64,000 nucleotides of DNA, from the NCBI GenBank assembly GCA_035285545.1, contig JAYKGY010000105.1:1-64000 (forward strand). Reading direction: 5' to 3'. Below are positions 10,287 through 19,914 of this stretch, piece after piece (the first letter of the stretch is position 1; each line of letters begins with the position of its first letter). The position numbers and the translations under genes were made by a program. Under the pieces are notes generated by a model that ran no database searches, was not told the origin of the DNA, and saw only the letters and a list, made by a program, of their open reading frames with translations. Source of the stretch: Snowella sp. GTDB lineage: Bacteria > Cyanobacteriota > Cyanobacteriia > Cyanobacteriales > Microcystaceae.

Positions 10287-10470
10287 GACATTTTTCCCAA
10301 ACGCCATCAGGCTCATTATCGTAAACGTCTTTTAATCCTTCCTCTGCTAAAATTTCATATTCATTTAATCTGATTAATTTTAAAGTTTGATCAGATTCTT
10401 CATAAATGAATAGTTCATCATTTTTAATTGCAAATTTTTCTTTAATTTCACTGAATTTAGCTACTTTCAT
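10276..10470 (-). CDS. Putative cognate antitoxin of the MazF toxin
   Basis: 64 aa with acidic C-terminus (EEGLKDVYDNEPDGVWE); immediately upstream of and overlapping the toxin. Confidence 0.6.
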   Translation of the reverse strand: MKVAKFSEIKEKFAIKNDELFIYEESDQTLKLIRLNEYEILAEEGLKDVYDNEPDGVWEKCLES

Positions 10471-10698
10471 ATTTTTTTACTATCTGCTAGTAACTAGAGC
10501 AATTTTATTTCTTATTGAATATTATATCTAATTTTTGCGATTTCTCTTTGAAAAATTTTTCTGTCGAGATTGCTGGCATATTGCTGTTTGTGATAGAGAT
10601 AAGCTGTTAATCCTTTAAACTGCACACAGACAAAGGGTTGAAGCCTATTTTTATCAGGCTTTTTGCAAAATCGCTATCCCATTTATAAAGCATGACAT

Positions 10699-10814
10699 GG
10701 CTTTGAACTGGTCACTGTCCTGTTTTTTCGGGTTGCTCATCTTTCTCCTTGGGTTTCTTACTTCGAGCTTACCATTCTTCTTTTTTCTGTCCAGTTTTGG
10801 GGAGTCACCTCACA
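10699..10814 (-). mobile_element. IS3-family left-end remnant (IRL plus first ~14 codons of OrfA)
   Basis: Reverse strand reads TGTGAGGTGACTCCCCAAAACTGGACAG (IS3-like TG...CCCCAAAA..GGACA), then AAGGAG and ATG 10740 encoding MSNPKKQDSDQFKA (OrfA-like Y/S..FKA), after which similarity stops. Confidence 0.6.
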
Positions 10815-11201
10815 TTCCACGTAAAAAACAGGATGGCATAACTTGATTGAGTCATGCCTATTTTTAAAGTTAGTTTAATTTGCATATTAAAAAAAGATAA
10901 GAAATTCGCGCAAAACGAAAATCTTAGTTGATGATCTAGATAGCACCATAATGTATCATCACTGAGGAGAAAAATTACCTGAGTGCTTACTCCCAAAAAG
11001 CTTTAGCCTGCTGTGATCCCCCCAGAAAGCCCTCAACAAAAGCAACTAAAAAGTTGTTTAAAGCGCAATTTATGTCACATCAAAAACTCAATTGAGCGTG
11101 CTGAATTTTGATTTGGAATTTTTAATATTTCATTAATAATTTCAAGAATTGTGATAGAAATACTCAAATTTTTCCCTATTGGTTAGATTCGAGAGGACAC
11201 T

Positions 11202-14200
11202 ATGAGAACCAAAACCTATGCAACCATTGATGGCAATGAAGCGGTCGCCAGGGTTGCCTATCAACTAAGTGAAGTGATTGCCCTATATCCGATTACGCCT
11301 TCTTCGCCGATGGGAGAATGGGCAGATGCCTGGGAATCAGAAAATAAACCCAATTTGTGGGGCACGATTCCCTCCATTGTCGAGATGCAGAGTGAAGGTG
11401 GCGCGGCGGGTGCCATTCATGGAGCCTTGCAAACGGGGGCGTTAACCACAACTTTTACCGCTTCCCAGGGCCTCTTATTAATGATTCCCAACCTTTACAA
11501 AATTGCAGGGGAATTAACCGCAGCCGTGATTCATGTGGCAGCGCGATCGCTGGCGGCTCAGGGTTTATCCATTTTCGGTGATCACTCCGATGTTATGGCC
11601 ACACGGGGAACGGGATTTGCCCTGTTAGGGTCGGCTTCAGTGCAAGAGGCCCATGATTTTGCGCTAATTGCGACTGCGGCTAGTTTAGAATCTCGCATTC
11701 CTTGTTTACATTTCTTTGATGGGTTCCGCACCTCCCACGAAGTTCAAAAAGTGGAATTACTGAGTAATGAAGATTTACGTGCTCTAATTAAAGATGAAAC
11801 GGTATTAGCCCATCGTCAACGGGCCTTAACGCCTGATCATCCTGTTTTACGAGGAACGGCTCAAAATCCTGATGTTTATTTCCAAGCTAGGGAGACAGTC
11901 AATCCCTTTTATGAGAAATATCCTGAAACCCTGCAACGGATCATGGATGAGTTTGCTCAAGTTACAGGACGGCACTATCATTTGTTCGATTATTACGGTC
12001 ATCCTGACGCAGAACGGGTCGTGATCGTCATGGGTTCAGGAGCCGAAGCCGTAGAGGAAACGGTTGATTACTTAAACACCCAAGGGGAAAAAGTCGGGGT
12101 GTTAAAAGTACGGCTCTATCGTCCCTTTGATGCCCAAGCCTTAATTGCTGCTCTACCCGATACGGTACAGAAAATTGCCGTTTTAGACCGCTGTAAAGAA
12201 CCAGGAGCCGCAGGGGAGCCGCTTTATACCGATGTCGTCACCGCAGTTCAGGAAACCCTATTTGGTCGCAATGCGGAGTTAAAAGCCAAGTTACAAAATT
12301 TAAACGCTTTAATTGGGGGACGCTACGGCTTATCTTCCAAGGAATTTACCCCTGGCATGATTAAGGCGGTTTTTGATAATTTAGCAATCGAAACCCCTAA
12401 AAATCACTTTACTATCGGTATTAACGACGACGTAAGCCACACCAGCTTGGCCTATGACGATAGCTTCTCGACAGAACCCGCCAATGTGGTGCGTGCCATT
12501 TTCTTTGGGCTAGGGTCGGATGGAACGGTGGGGGCGAATAAAAACTCGATCAAGATTATTGGGGAAGATACGGATAATTACGCCCAGGGCTATTTTGTTT
12601 ACGACTCGAAAAAATCCGGTTCGGTCACGGTTTCCCATCTGCGTTTTGGCCCCGATCCGATTCATTCTAGTTATTTAATTACCAAAGCCAATTTTGTCGC
12701 CTGCCATCAATGGGAATTTATCGATAAGTTCGACCTAATCACGCCTGCGGTTTCAGGGGCAACGTTACTGTTAAACAGTCCTTACGCGGCTGAGGAGGTA
12801 TGGTCGCATTTACCCCGACCCCTACAGGAACAAATTATTGCGAAAAATCTGAAAGTCTATACGATTAATGCTTTCCAAGTGGCACGGGAAGCGGGCATGG
12901 GGGGACGCATTAATACCGTTATGCAGGTTTGTTTCTTTGCCCTAGCAGGGGTTTTACCCCGTGAAGACGCGATCGCGCAGATCAAAAAATCGATCCGCAA
13001 GAGCTACGGCAAGAAGGGGGAAGATATTGTACAGATGAACATGAAAGCGGTGGATTCTGCCCTAGAGCATTTGTATGAAGTCCCCGTTCCTGCTCAAATT
13101 GATGACCATGCAGAAGACTTAAAACCCGTGATTCCTGATACGGCTCCTGCCTTTATTCGGGATGTATTGGGTAAAATCATGGCCCGCCAAGGGGATGAGC
13201 TACCTGTTAGTGCTTTGCCCTGTGATGGAACCTTCCCGACAGGAACGGCGAAATGGGAAAAACGCAATATTGCTCAGGAAATTCCCGTTTGGGATCCCGA
13301 TGTCTGCGTACAGTGCGGTAAATGTGTGATGGTCTGCCCCCATGCGGTCATTCGCTCGAAGGTTTATGAAGAACAAGAACTGGCCAACGCCCCCGAAACC
13401 TTTAAAACTGCCCCTGCACGGGATCACAATTGGCATGATCTAAAATTCACCATCCAAGTGGCCGCCGAAGATTGTACGGGTTGCGCGCTCTGTGTGGATG
13501 TCTGCCCTGCCAAGAATAAATCCCAGCCTCGGTTACGGGCCATCAATATGGAACCTCAGTTGCCCTTACGGGAGCAGGAACGAACTAATTGGGACTTTTT
13601 CCTAGAATTACCAAACCCTGAGCGCACCAAGTTGAATTTAAACAAAATCAGCCATCAACAGATGCAAGAGCCTTTGTTTGAGTTCTCAGGGGCTTGTGGG
13701 GGCTGTGGAGAAACGCCTTATTTAAAATTAGTCTCGCAGTTATTCGGCGATCGCATGTTAGTGGCCAATGCAACGGGCTGTTCTTCGATCTATGGTGGCA
13801 ATTTACCCACTACGCCCTGGGCAACCAATAGCGAAGGCCGCGGCCCGGCTTGGTCGAATTCTCTGTTTGAAGATAATGCGGAATTTGGTTTAGGTTTCCG
13901 AGTTTCCATTGATAAACAAACGGAATTTGCGGCTGAGTTACTCAAAGCGTTGGCCAGTGAAATCGGAGAAACGTTAGTCGCTGAAATTTTGGAGAATGCT
14001 CAGACAACCGAGGCCGATATTTTTGAGCAACGCGATCGCGTAAAAATCCTCAAAAACCGTTTAAATGAATTAGCCTCGACTACCGATGAAAACCTGAAGG
14101 CTAAAATTACCATGCTTCAGGCAATCGCGGATTACTTAGTGAAAAAGAGTGTCTGGATCATTGGTGGAGACGGTTGGGCCTACGATATTGGCTACGGTGG

Positions 14201-14849
14201 CTTAGATCACGTTCTCGCTAGTGGTCGCAATGTCAATATTTTGGTGATGGACACAGAGGTTTATTCCAATACGGGCGGACAAGCCTCGAAAGCAACCCCA
14301 CGAGGAGCCGTGGCCAAATTTGCAGCAGGCGGTAAACCCTCTCCTAAAAAAGATTTGGGCTTGATGGCGATGACCTACGGCAATGTCTATGTGGCTAGCA
14401 TCGCGATGGGGGCAAAAAATGAGCAATCGATCCGAGCCTTCCTCGAAGCGGAATCCTATCCTGGCGTTTCTTTGATTATTGCCTATTCCCACTGTATTGC
14501 TCATGGTATCGACATGAAAACTGCCATGAATTATCAAAAAGAGGTGGTAGATAGTGGGCGTTGGTTGCTCTATCGCTATGATCCTCGCTTGATGGAACAG
14601 GTGAAAAATCCTCTGCAACTGGATATGCGATCGCCGAAATTAACGGTAGAACAAACCATGTATCGCGAAAACCGCTTTAAGATGTTGTCTCGCAGCAATC
14701 CCGAAGCGGCGAAGAAATTGTTGAAATTGGCTCAAGGTGATGTCAATACCCGTTGGGCTATGTATCAATACCTCAGCGATCGGCATTTAGAAACGAGTAA
14801 CGGTCACAGCACCAAACCGCCTGTCATTCAACAGCCTGAAACAGTTTAG
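11202..14849 (+). CDS. nifJ: Pyruvate:ferredoxin/flavodoxin oxidoreductase
   Basis: YPITPSS, EMQSEGGAAG, two CxxCxxCxxxCP ferredoxin motifs, GDGWAYDIG TPP motif; GAGG RBS. Confidence 0.97.
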   Translation: MRTKTYATIDGNEAVARVAYQLSEVIALYPITPSSPMGEWADAWESENKPNLWGTIPSIVEMQSEGGAAGAIHGALQTGALTTTFTASQGLLLMIPNLYKIAGELTAAVIHVAARSLAAQGLSIFGDHSDVMATRGTGFALLGSASVQEAHDFALIATAASLESRIPCLHFFDGFRTSHEVQKVELLSNEDLRALIKDETVLAHRQRALTPDHPVLRGTAQNPDVYFQARETVNPFYEKYPETLQRIMDEFAQVTGRHYHLFDYYGHPDAERVVIVMGSGAEAVEETVDYLNTQGEKVGVLKVRLYRPFDAQALIAALPDTVQKIAVLDRCKEPGAAGEPLYTDVVTAVQETLFGRNAELKAKLQNLNALIGGRYGLSSKEFTPGMIKAVFDNLAIETPKNHFTIGINDDVSHTSLAYDDSFSTEPANVVRAIFFGLGSDGTVGANKNSIKIIGEDTDNYAQGYFVYDSKKSGSVTVSHLRFGPDPIHSSYLITKANFVACHQWEFIDKFDLITPAVSGATLLLNSPYAAEEVWSHLPRPLQEQIIAKNLKVYTINAFQVAREAGMGGRINTVMQVCFFALAGVLPREDAIAQIKKSIRKSYGKKGEDIVQMNMKAVDSALEHLYEVPVPAQIDDHAEDLKPVIPDTAPAFIRDVLGKIMARQGDELPVSALPCDGTFPTGTAKWEKRNIAQEIPVWDPDVCVQCGKCVMVCPHAVIRSKVYEEQELANAPETFKTAPARDHNWHDLKFTIQVAAEDCTGCALCVDVCPAKNKSQPRLRAINMEPQLPLREQERTNWDFFLELPNPERTKLNLNKISHQQMQEPLFEFSGACGGCGETPYLKLVSQLFGDRMLVANATGCSSIYGGNLPTTPWATNSEGRGPAWSNSLFEDNAEFGLGFRVSIDKQTEFAAELLKALASEIGETLVAEILENAQTTEADIFEQRDRVKILKNRLNELASTTDENLKAKITMLQAIADYLVKKSVWIIGGDGWAYDIGYGGLDHVLASGRNVNILVMDTEVYSNTGGQASKATPRGAVAKFAAGGKPSPKKDLGLMAMTYGNVYVASIAMGAKNEQSIRAFLEAESYPGVSLIIAYSHCIAHGIDMKTAMNYQKEVVDSGRWLLYRYDPRLMEQVKNPLQLDMRSPKLTVEQTMYRENRFKMLSRSNPEAAKKLLKLAQGDVNTRWAMYQYLSDRHLETSNGHSTKPPVIQQPETV

Positions 14850-14857
14850 TTAATTGG

Positions 14858-14905
14858 GGTAAGGTAGAGTTAATTCTTTTACGTTAATCTCACCTTACCT
14901 TTACC
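14858..14905 (+). terminator. Intercistronic hairpin after nifJ
   Basis: GGTAAGGT ... ACCTTACC inverted repeat with a long loop; no clean U-tract. Confidence 0.35.
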
Positions 14906-14917
14906 TAAGAGGTCATT

Positions 14918-15376
14918 ATGGTTTCACAAATTGATATAAAAACACTCTATGAACAGGATTTTAATCTGTGGATTGAAGAAACAGTAAATTTGCTTAAAAA
15001 CCGTCAATTAGATCAAATTGATTATGAAAATTTAATCGAAGAAATTGAATCTATGGGAAGAAGAGATAAACGTGCTTTAGAAAGTAATTTAGAGCAGGTT
15101 TTAATGCACCTTTTAAAATGGCAGTATCAAAAAAATAAACGAAGTAATAGCTGGCGTTACTCCATTAGGGAACATCGTAACAGACTTAAAAAAGACTTTC
15201 GAGATAGCCCTAGTTTAAAGCCTTATTTTGATGATGTATTAGAAGAGTGTTATGAGACGGCCAGAAATTTGGCTTCTGACGAAACAGGATTAGATATTAA
15301 TACTTTTCCTGTTATTCTACCCTTTACTAAAGAACAGATTCTTGATTCTAATTATTTACCCGACAATCAAACTTAA
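14918..15376 (+). CDS. DUF29 family protein
   Basis: LYEQDFNLW, DYENLIEEIESMGR, HLLKWQYQ, SPSLK. Confidence 0.93.
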   Translation: MVSQIDIKTLYEQDFNLWIEETVNLLKNRQLDQIDYENLIEEIESMGRRDKRALESNLEQVLMHLLKWQYQKNKRSNSWRYSIREHRNRLKKDFRDSPSLKPYFDDVLEECYETARNLASDETGLDINTFPVILPFTKEQILDSNYLPDNQT

Positions 15377-15408
15377 TACTAAACAACTGAATTCCTGAGA
15401 CAATTATT

Positions 15409-15861
15409 ATGGTTACTCAACCTGACACTCAAACACTATACGAACAAGATTTTTATTTATGGGTTCAAGAAACAGCTAATTTATTAAAAACTCGTCAACT
15501 TGATCAGCTTGATTATGAAAACTTAATTGACGAAGTTGAATCTTTGGGATTTCAAGAAACAGATAATTTAATCAATAACTTGAGAACTTTATTGCGTAGC
15601 TTATTAAAGTTGAAATATTTACCACCACAAAAAGATAATAATTGGTCGCTAGATGCTCTCAAGGCATGTTTTGATCTTCAAGATATTTTACAAGTTAGTC
15701 CTAGCTTAAATGCGTATTTTGATGAAAATTTAGAAGAAACTTATCAAGATGCAAGACATTTGGCTTTTATTGAAACTGAATCAGACATTTTTCCTCAAAA
15801 TTTACCTTTTACGAAAGCAGAAATTCTTGATGAAGATTATTGTTTAACCAAGAAAGGATAA
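15409..15861 (+). CDS. DUF29 family protein (diverged tandem paralogue)
   Basis: LYEQDFYLW, DYENLIDEVESLG; core HLLKW replaced by SLLKL. Confidence 0.88.
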   Translation: MVTQPDTQTLYEQDFYLWVQETANLLKTRQLDQLDYENLIDEVESLGFQETDNLINNLRTLLRSLLKLKYLPPQKDNNWSLDALKACFDLQDILQVSPSLNAYFDENLEETYQDARHLAFIETESDIFPQNLPFTKAEILDEDYCLTKKG

Positions 15862-15910
15862 ATCGCAGTCATTTTCAAAATTTATGAGTTTTTCTTAACC
15901 GATAAAAATT

Positions 15911-16528
15911 ATGAAAACACCTTTAGAATCGCCGCTTAAAATTCCCACTGGATACCTCAATTTAATGGGGTATGTGGATGAATCTAATGTCAATGGGCCA
16001 GGCTCGCGGGCTGTGGTTTGGGTACAGGGTTGTTTGCGAGAATGTCCAGGGTGTTTTAATCCAGCGTCTTGGGCATTTGCAGAAAATCAACTCATGTCTG
16101 TAGAAGAAGTCGCCCAAAAAATTCTCAGAAATCCTAACAATCAAGGCGTAACTTTTTCGGGGGGTGAACCCTTTTGGCAAGCAGGATCTTTAGCCCAATT
16201 AGCCAGAATTGTTAAAGCTCAAGGATTAAACGTCATGTCTTTTACGGGTTTTACGTTAGAGGAGTTAAAATCCCCTAAAGCTCCGCCTCAGGCTCAAGAT
16301 TTACTTGCCGAATTAGATTTATTAATTGATGGGCCGTATTTAGAGCAATTAGCGATTAATGATCCCCACTCTTTAGTCTCTTCTAAAAATCAACGGGTTC
16401 ATGTGTTTAATCCTGCTTTAAATGATCAATTAACTTGGGCCAGTGACCAAATGGAAATCCATATTTTAAAAGATGGGACTCGAATTATTACGGGTTTTCG
16501 AGGACAAATGGGACTGGATAGTTTTTGA
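15911..16528 (+). CDS. Radical SAM protein, NrdG-like activase family
   Basis: NGPGSRAVVWVQGCLRECPGCFNP (CxxxCxxC), GVTFSGGEPF, DLLIDGPY, SKNQR. Confidence 0.9.
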   Translation: MKTPLESPLKIPTGYLNLMGYVDESNVNGPGSRAVVWVQGCLRECPGCFNPASWAFAENQLMSVEEVAQKILRNPNNQGVTFSGGEPFWQAGSLAQLARIVKAQGLNVMSFTGFTLEELKSPKAPPQAQDLLAELDLLIDGPYLEQLAINDPHSLVSSKNQRVHVFNPALNDQLTWASDQMEIHILKDGTRIITGFRGQMGLDSF

Positions 16529-16594
16529 TTTTTAATTACTCAAAACTAACATTTTAAAATTAGTCAATTTTCACTAACGCTTGGAGAACTCATC

Positions 16595-17626
16595 ATGGAT
16601 CTTAGTACTACTTATTTAGGATTAAATTTAAAATCCCCTCTGGTTGTTGGTTCCTGTGCACCATTAACTGAAGATATGGATAATTTAAAACGAATGGAAG
16701 ATGCAGGGGCCGCCGCGATCGTTTTGCATTCTTTTTTTGAGGAACAATTACGGCAAGAACAATTGGAATTACACCATCATTTAACCTATGGAACGGAAAG
16801 TTTTGCTGAGGCATTAACCTATTTTCCTGAACCTCAAATTTTCCATGTTGGTTCTGATGAGTATTTAAGTCATATTCGCCAAGCAAAAGAGAGTTTAAAT
16901 ATTCCGATCATTGCGAGTTTAAATGGTTCAACGCTAGGGGGGTGGTTAGATTATGCTCAACAAATTGAACAAGCGGGAGCCGATGCCTTAGAACTGAATA
17001 TTTATTATGTGCCAACGGATTTAGAGATTCCTGGGGCGGAAGTGGAACAAAATTATCTTGATATTCTTAAAATTGTTCGTTCAGAAATTAAAATTCCTTT
17101 AGCCGTCAAGATTGGCCCCTATTTTAGCAATATGGCCAATATGGCAAAACGGTTTGCTGAAAATGGTGCGGATGGGTTGGTTCTGTTTAATCGTTTCTAT
17201 CAGCCGGATATTCATTTAGAAGAGTTGGAAGTTTATCCGAATGTTTTACTCAGTACGCCCCATGCTATGCGTTTACCGATGCGTTGGATTGCGATTTTGT
17301 ATGGTCGCGTGGAGGTGGATTTTGCGGCAACCAGTGGCATTCTCCATGCAACGGATGTGTTGAAAATGTTAATGGTGGGAGCGAAGGTGACTCAGTTAGT
17401 GAGTGTTTTGTTGCGTCACGGCATTAACCATCTTTCCGTATTAGAGGCTAATTTATTGCATTGGATGGAAGAAAACGAGTATGAATCGGTGAAACAAATG
17501 CAGGGCAGTATGAGCCAGTTACATTGTCCCGATCCCTCTGCTTTTGAACGGGTTAATTATATGAAAGCTCTGCAAACTTATGCGCCGATTTGGAAGGCAG
17601 TGAGTGATTATGAGGCGATCGCCTAA
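16595..17626 (+). CDS. Dihydroorotate dehydrogenase-like FMN protein
   Basis: LSTTYLGLNLKSPLV, ALELNIYY, LFNRFYQPDI, ATSGI; typical nifJ neighbour. Confidence 0.9.
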   Translation: MDLSTTYLGLNLKSPLVVGSCAPLTEDMDNLKRMEDAGAAAIVLHSFFEEQLRQEQLELHHHLTYGTESFAEALTYFPEPQIFHVGSDEYLSHIRQAKESLNIPIIASLNGSTLGGWLDYAQQIEQAGADALELNIYYVPTDLEIPGAEVEQNYLDILKIVRSEIKIPLAVKIGPYFSNMANMAKRFAENGADGLVLFNRFYQPDIHLEELEVYPNVLLSTPHAMRLPMRWIAILYGRVEVDFAATSGILHATDVLKMLMVGAKVTQLVSVLLRHGINHLSVLEANLLHWMEENEYESVKQMQGSMSQLHCPDPSAFERVNYMKALQTYAPIWKAVSDYEAIA

Positions 17627-17672
17627 AACCTAAAGCTTAACGGGTAATTTTAAAACGACAAGTGGGGGATCT

Positions 17673-18833
17673 ATGGGCAATAAACGGATCGGAATTTTAA
17701 CCAGTGGAGGAGACTGCCCTGGACTCAATGCGGTGATTCGAGCCGTGGTGAAATCTTCTCTCTTAAAAGGGTGGGACGTTTTTGGTATCCCCTACGGTAC
17801 GGACGGTTTTGTGGAAGTCGCTCACGGGAAGTATCAACCCCAGGATTTGCTGTTGACCACTCACGGCTATATTTTACCTGGGATGCTCAAGGGGTTAGAT
17901 GTTCTCCAGTTCCTCAGTGGCAGTGTGTTGGGATCATTAAGTAAAGGTCATCCCGAAAATCCTGAAATTCGCGCTGCTATTCTCAAAGGCTACGAAATGC
18001 TCGACCTAGAGGCGTTAATTGTCATTGGGGGCGATGGGAGTCTTGATATTATCTATGATCTAGCCGAAGCGGGGAAATGGAATATTGTTGCCATTCCCAA
18101 AACCATTGATAATGATGTGCCTTTCACGGAATGGGCTGTGGGTTTTACAACGGCGGTCGATATTGTCACCCAAGCTCTCTACGATTTAACCTTTACGGCT
18201 GCGAGTCATGAACGCATTATTATCGTGCAGGTGATGGGACGGGATGCGGGTCATTTAGCGTTGAATGCGGGGATTGCGGGGGGAGCCGATATTATTCTCA
18301 TTCCTGAAATTACGCCCCATTTAACCCCTGAATTGATTAATGGTTGTTGTCATCAATTAATGAAACTCCGAGCTTCGGGTCGTCATTTTGCCTTAATTGT
18401 GGTCTCAGAAGGGGTCAAGGATGAAAATCAACGCCATGAAAAATATATCGGCGATCGCTTGGAAGAATGTATTTTAAAACAAACAGAACATTTATGTAAA
18501 AACCATGACCCCGATTTTTGCGACATCACAACCCTAGACATTCGGGCAACAACCTTGGGACATTTGCAACGGAGTCGAACCCCGCTTTCGTTGGATCGTT
18601 TGTTGGCAACGGCTTACGGCATTAAGGCAGTGGAATTAATCGAGCAAGGGGAATACGATCAGGTGGTGGTTTGGCGTGAGGGTCAAGTGACCAATTTGCC
18701 GTTAAAACCGATTATCGGCATTATTAAGCAATGCCATGCCGAAAACCGTTGTGCGTTTCCGGTCGATCCCGATGGCTTTATGGTCAAAACAGCCCGTTCT
18801 TTAGGAATTTATTTAGGGGAGTCTTTGAGTTGA
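17673..18833 (+). CDS. pfkA: 6-phosphofructokinase (PfkA family)
   Basis: [34 protein letters not shown]. Confidence 0.95.
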   Translation: MGNKRIGILTSGGDCPGLNAVIRAVVKSSLLKGWDVFGIPYGTDGFVEVAHGKYQPQDLLLTTHGYILPGMLKGLDVLQFLSGSVLGSLSKGHPENPEIRAAILKGYEMLDLEALIVIGGDGSLDIIYDLAEAGKWNIVAIPKTIDNDVPFTEWAVGFTTAVDIVTQALYDLTFTAASHERIIIVQVMGRDAGHLALNAGIAGGADIILIPEITPHLTPELINGCCHQLMKLRASGRHFALIVVSEGVKDENQRHEKYIGDRLEECILKQTEHLCKNHDPDFCDITTLDIRATTLGHLQRSRTPLSLDRLLATAYGIKAVELIEQGEYDQVVVWREGQVTNLPLKPIIGIIKQCHAENRCAFPVDPDGFMVKTARSLGIYLGESLS

Positions 18834-18951
18834 AAAATCTTAACGGCGATCGCGTAGGACTTGAGCAGGATCGCTATTAAAAATTAAAATTTTTGGGAAC
18901 GAGTAGAGTTGTTAGCCATTAAAGCTTTATGTAAATTAAGGTCGCAAACCA

Positions 18952-19209
18952 ATGACAGTTAAAGACATCTTATTTCAAAGGCTAGAAAGCTTGCTGCCTG
19001 AAGAACAGGAATCAGTACTTGAATTTATTGATTTTTTGTACTTTAAAAGAAGCTCAACTAAACCAAAAGAAATCACTAAAAAAGCATTACAACGGCCTCG
19101 CAAGGATATTCGGGGGTTATGTGCTGATTTAAATCTTAATATTACTGAAGAAGATATTAAGGAAGTTCGGCAAGAGATGTGGCAAGGTTTTCCAAGGGAA
19201 ATAGAATGA
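18952..19209 (+). CDS. DUF2281-like antitoxin (orphan)
   Basis: LESLLPEEQESVLEFIDFL ... GLCADL...EEDIKEVRQEMWQGFPRE. Confidence 0.8.
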   Translation: MTVKDILFQRLESLLPEEQESVLEFIDFLYFKRSSTKPKEITKKALQRPRKDIRGLCADLNLNITEEDIKEVRQEMWQGFPREIE

Positions 19210-19281
19210 CGAAACCTAAAGGGTTTAGGCGTATTTTAAAATTATGCGCTCATTTTATGTCAATCAAGACAAATAAAGTGT

Positions 19282-19443
19282 TTAATCACTTTCATGGGCA
19301 GCACAACTATAGCAAAAGTCATCTCCTGGGATTGGCGACCGATTACAGTCGAAAGCAAGGCAAGTTTTTGTATAGAATTCTGTTGAAAAGTTGTGAACTT
19401 CGTTAAGAATGCTAGGGCAGGATGATTTTTTGATCTTTTTCAT
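19282..19443 (-). CDS. Putative 53-aa Cys-rich zinc-finger-like protein (not in ORF track)
   Basis: Manual translation MKKIKKSSCPSILNEVHNFSTEFYTKTCLAFDCNRSPIPGDDFCYSCAAHESD*; C-x4-C-x10-C-x2-C; co-oriented with two upstream small genes. Confidence 0.55.
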   Translation of the reverse strand: MKKIKKSSCPSILNEVHNFSTEFYTKTCLAFDCNRSPIPGDDFCYSCAAHESD

Positions 19444-19560
19444 AATTGTTAGTTAGGCAGGAAGAAAAAATAAGTTAACTTTAGGAATTTTCGTTTCTTG
19501 AGTAATATTAGCAAGCAAAATTTTTATTTGATTCTAAGCACAAAGAAATCAGTTATCGTT

Positions 19561-19833
19561 TTATTTCTGACAATCTTTAGCATTTTTAAGGTCTTCTAAC
19601 TTAACCAATTTACTGTCTGTCCAGTTACTCGGATATCCGTCAATTGTAAGCGGCAAATTAAGACAGTTTCCTTGAGAATCAAAAACCAAGCCATTATGGT
19701 TATAAATAGTTACCCGCCCATCAGCATCAATATTTTTAACTACATAAATTTTGGGGATTGGACTAGTTTTATAGCTTTTTTCAGGTTGGCCATTTTTGAG
19801 AAGTTTCACGCACTTGTCGAATTTTTTAAACAT
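19561..19833 (-). CDS. Hypothetical protein, 90 aa
   Basis: ATG-initiated ORF between co-oriented genes; no family recognised. Confidence 0.6.
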   Translation of the reverse strand: MFKKFDKCVKLLKNGQPEKSYKTSPIPKIYVVKNIDADGRVTIYNHNGLVFDSQGNCLNLPLTIDGYPSNWTDSKLVKLEDLKNAKDCQK

Positions 19834-19914
19834 CTTTAATCGTGTTGTTGGTTTTAGAATTTTTGCTTAGACTCTGAAAAATAAAAAATGCAATTTTCTA
19901 CAGACAAATGGTAA

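Noticed and set aside
19179..19406. Plus-strand 75-aa ORF as the DUF2281 partner toxin
   Set aside because: No PIN or RelE motifs; it overlaps a more protein-like Cys-rich ORF on the opposite strand.
19209..19494. ACGAAACCTAAAG ... CTTTAGGAATTTTCGT as IS/MITE terminal inverted repeats
   Set aside because: The match is short and needs a gap, there is no target duplication, and the left part is explained by a local hairpin.
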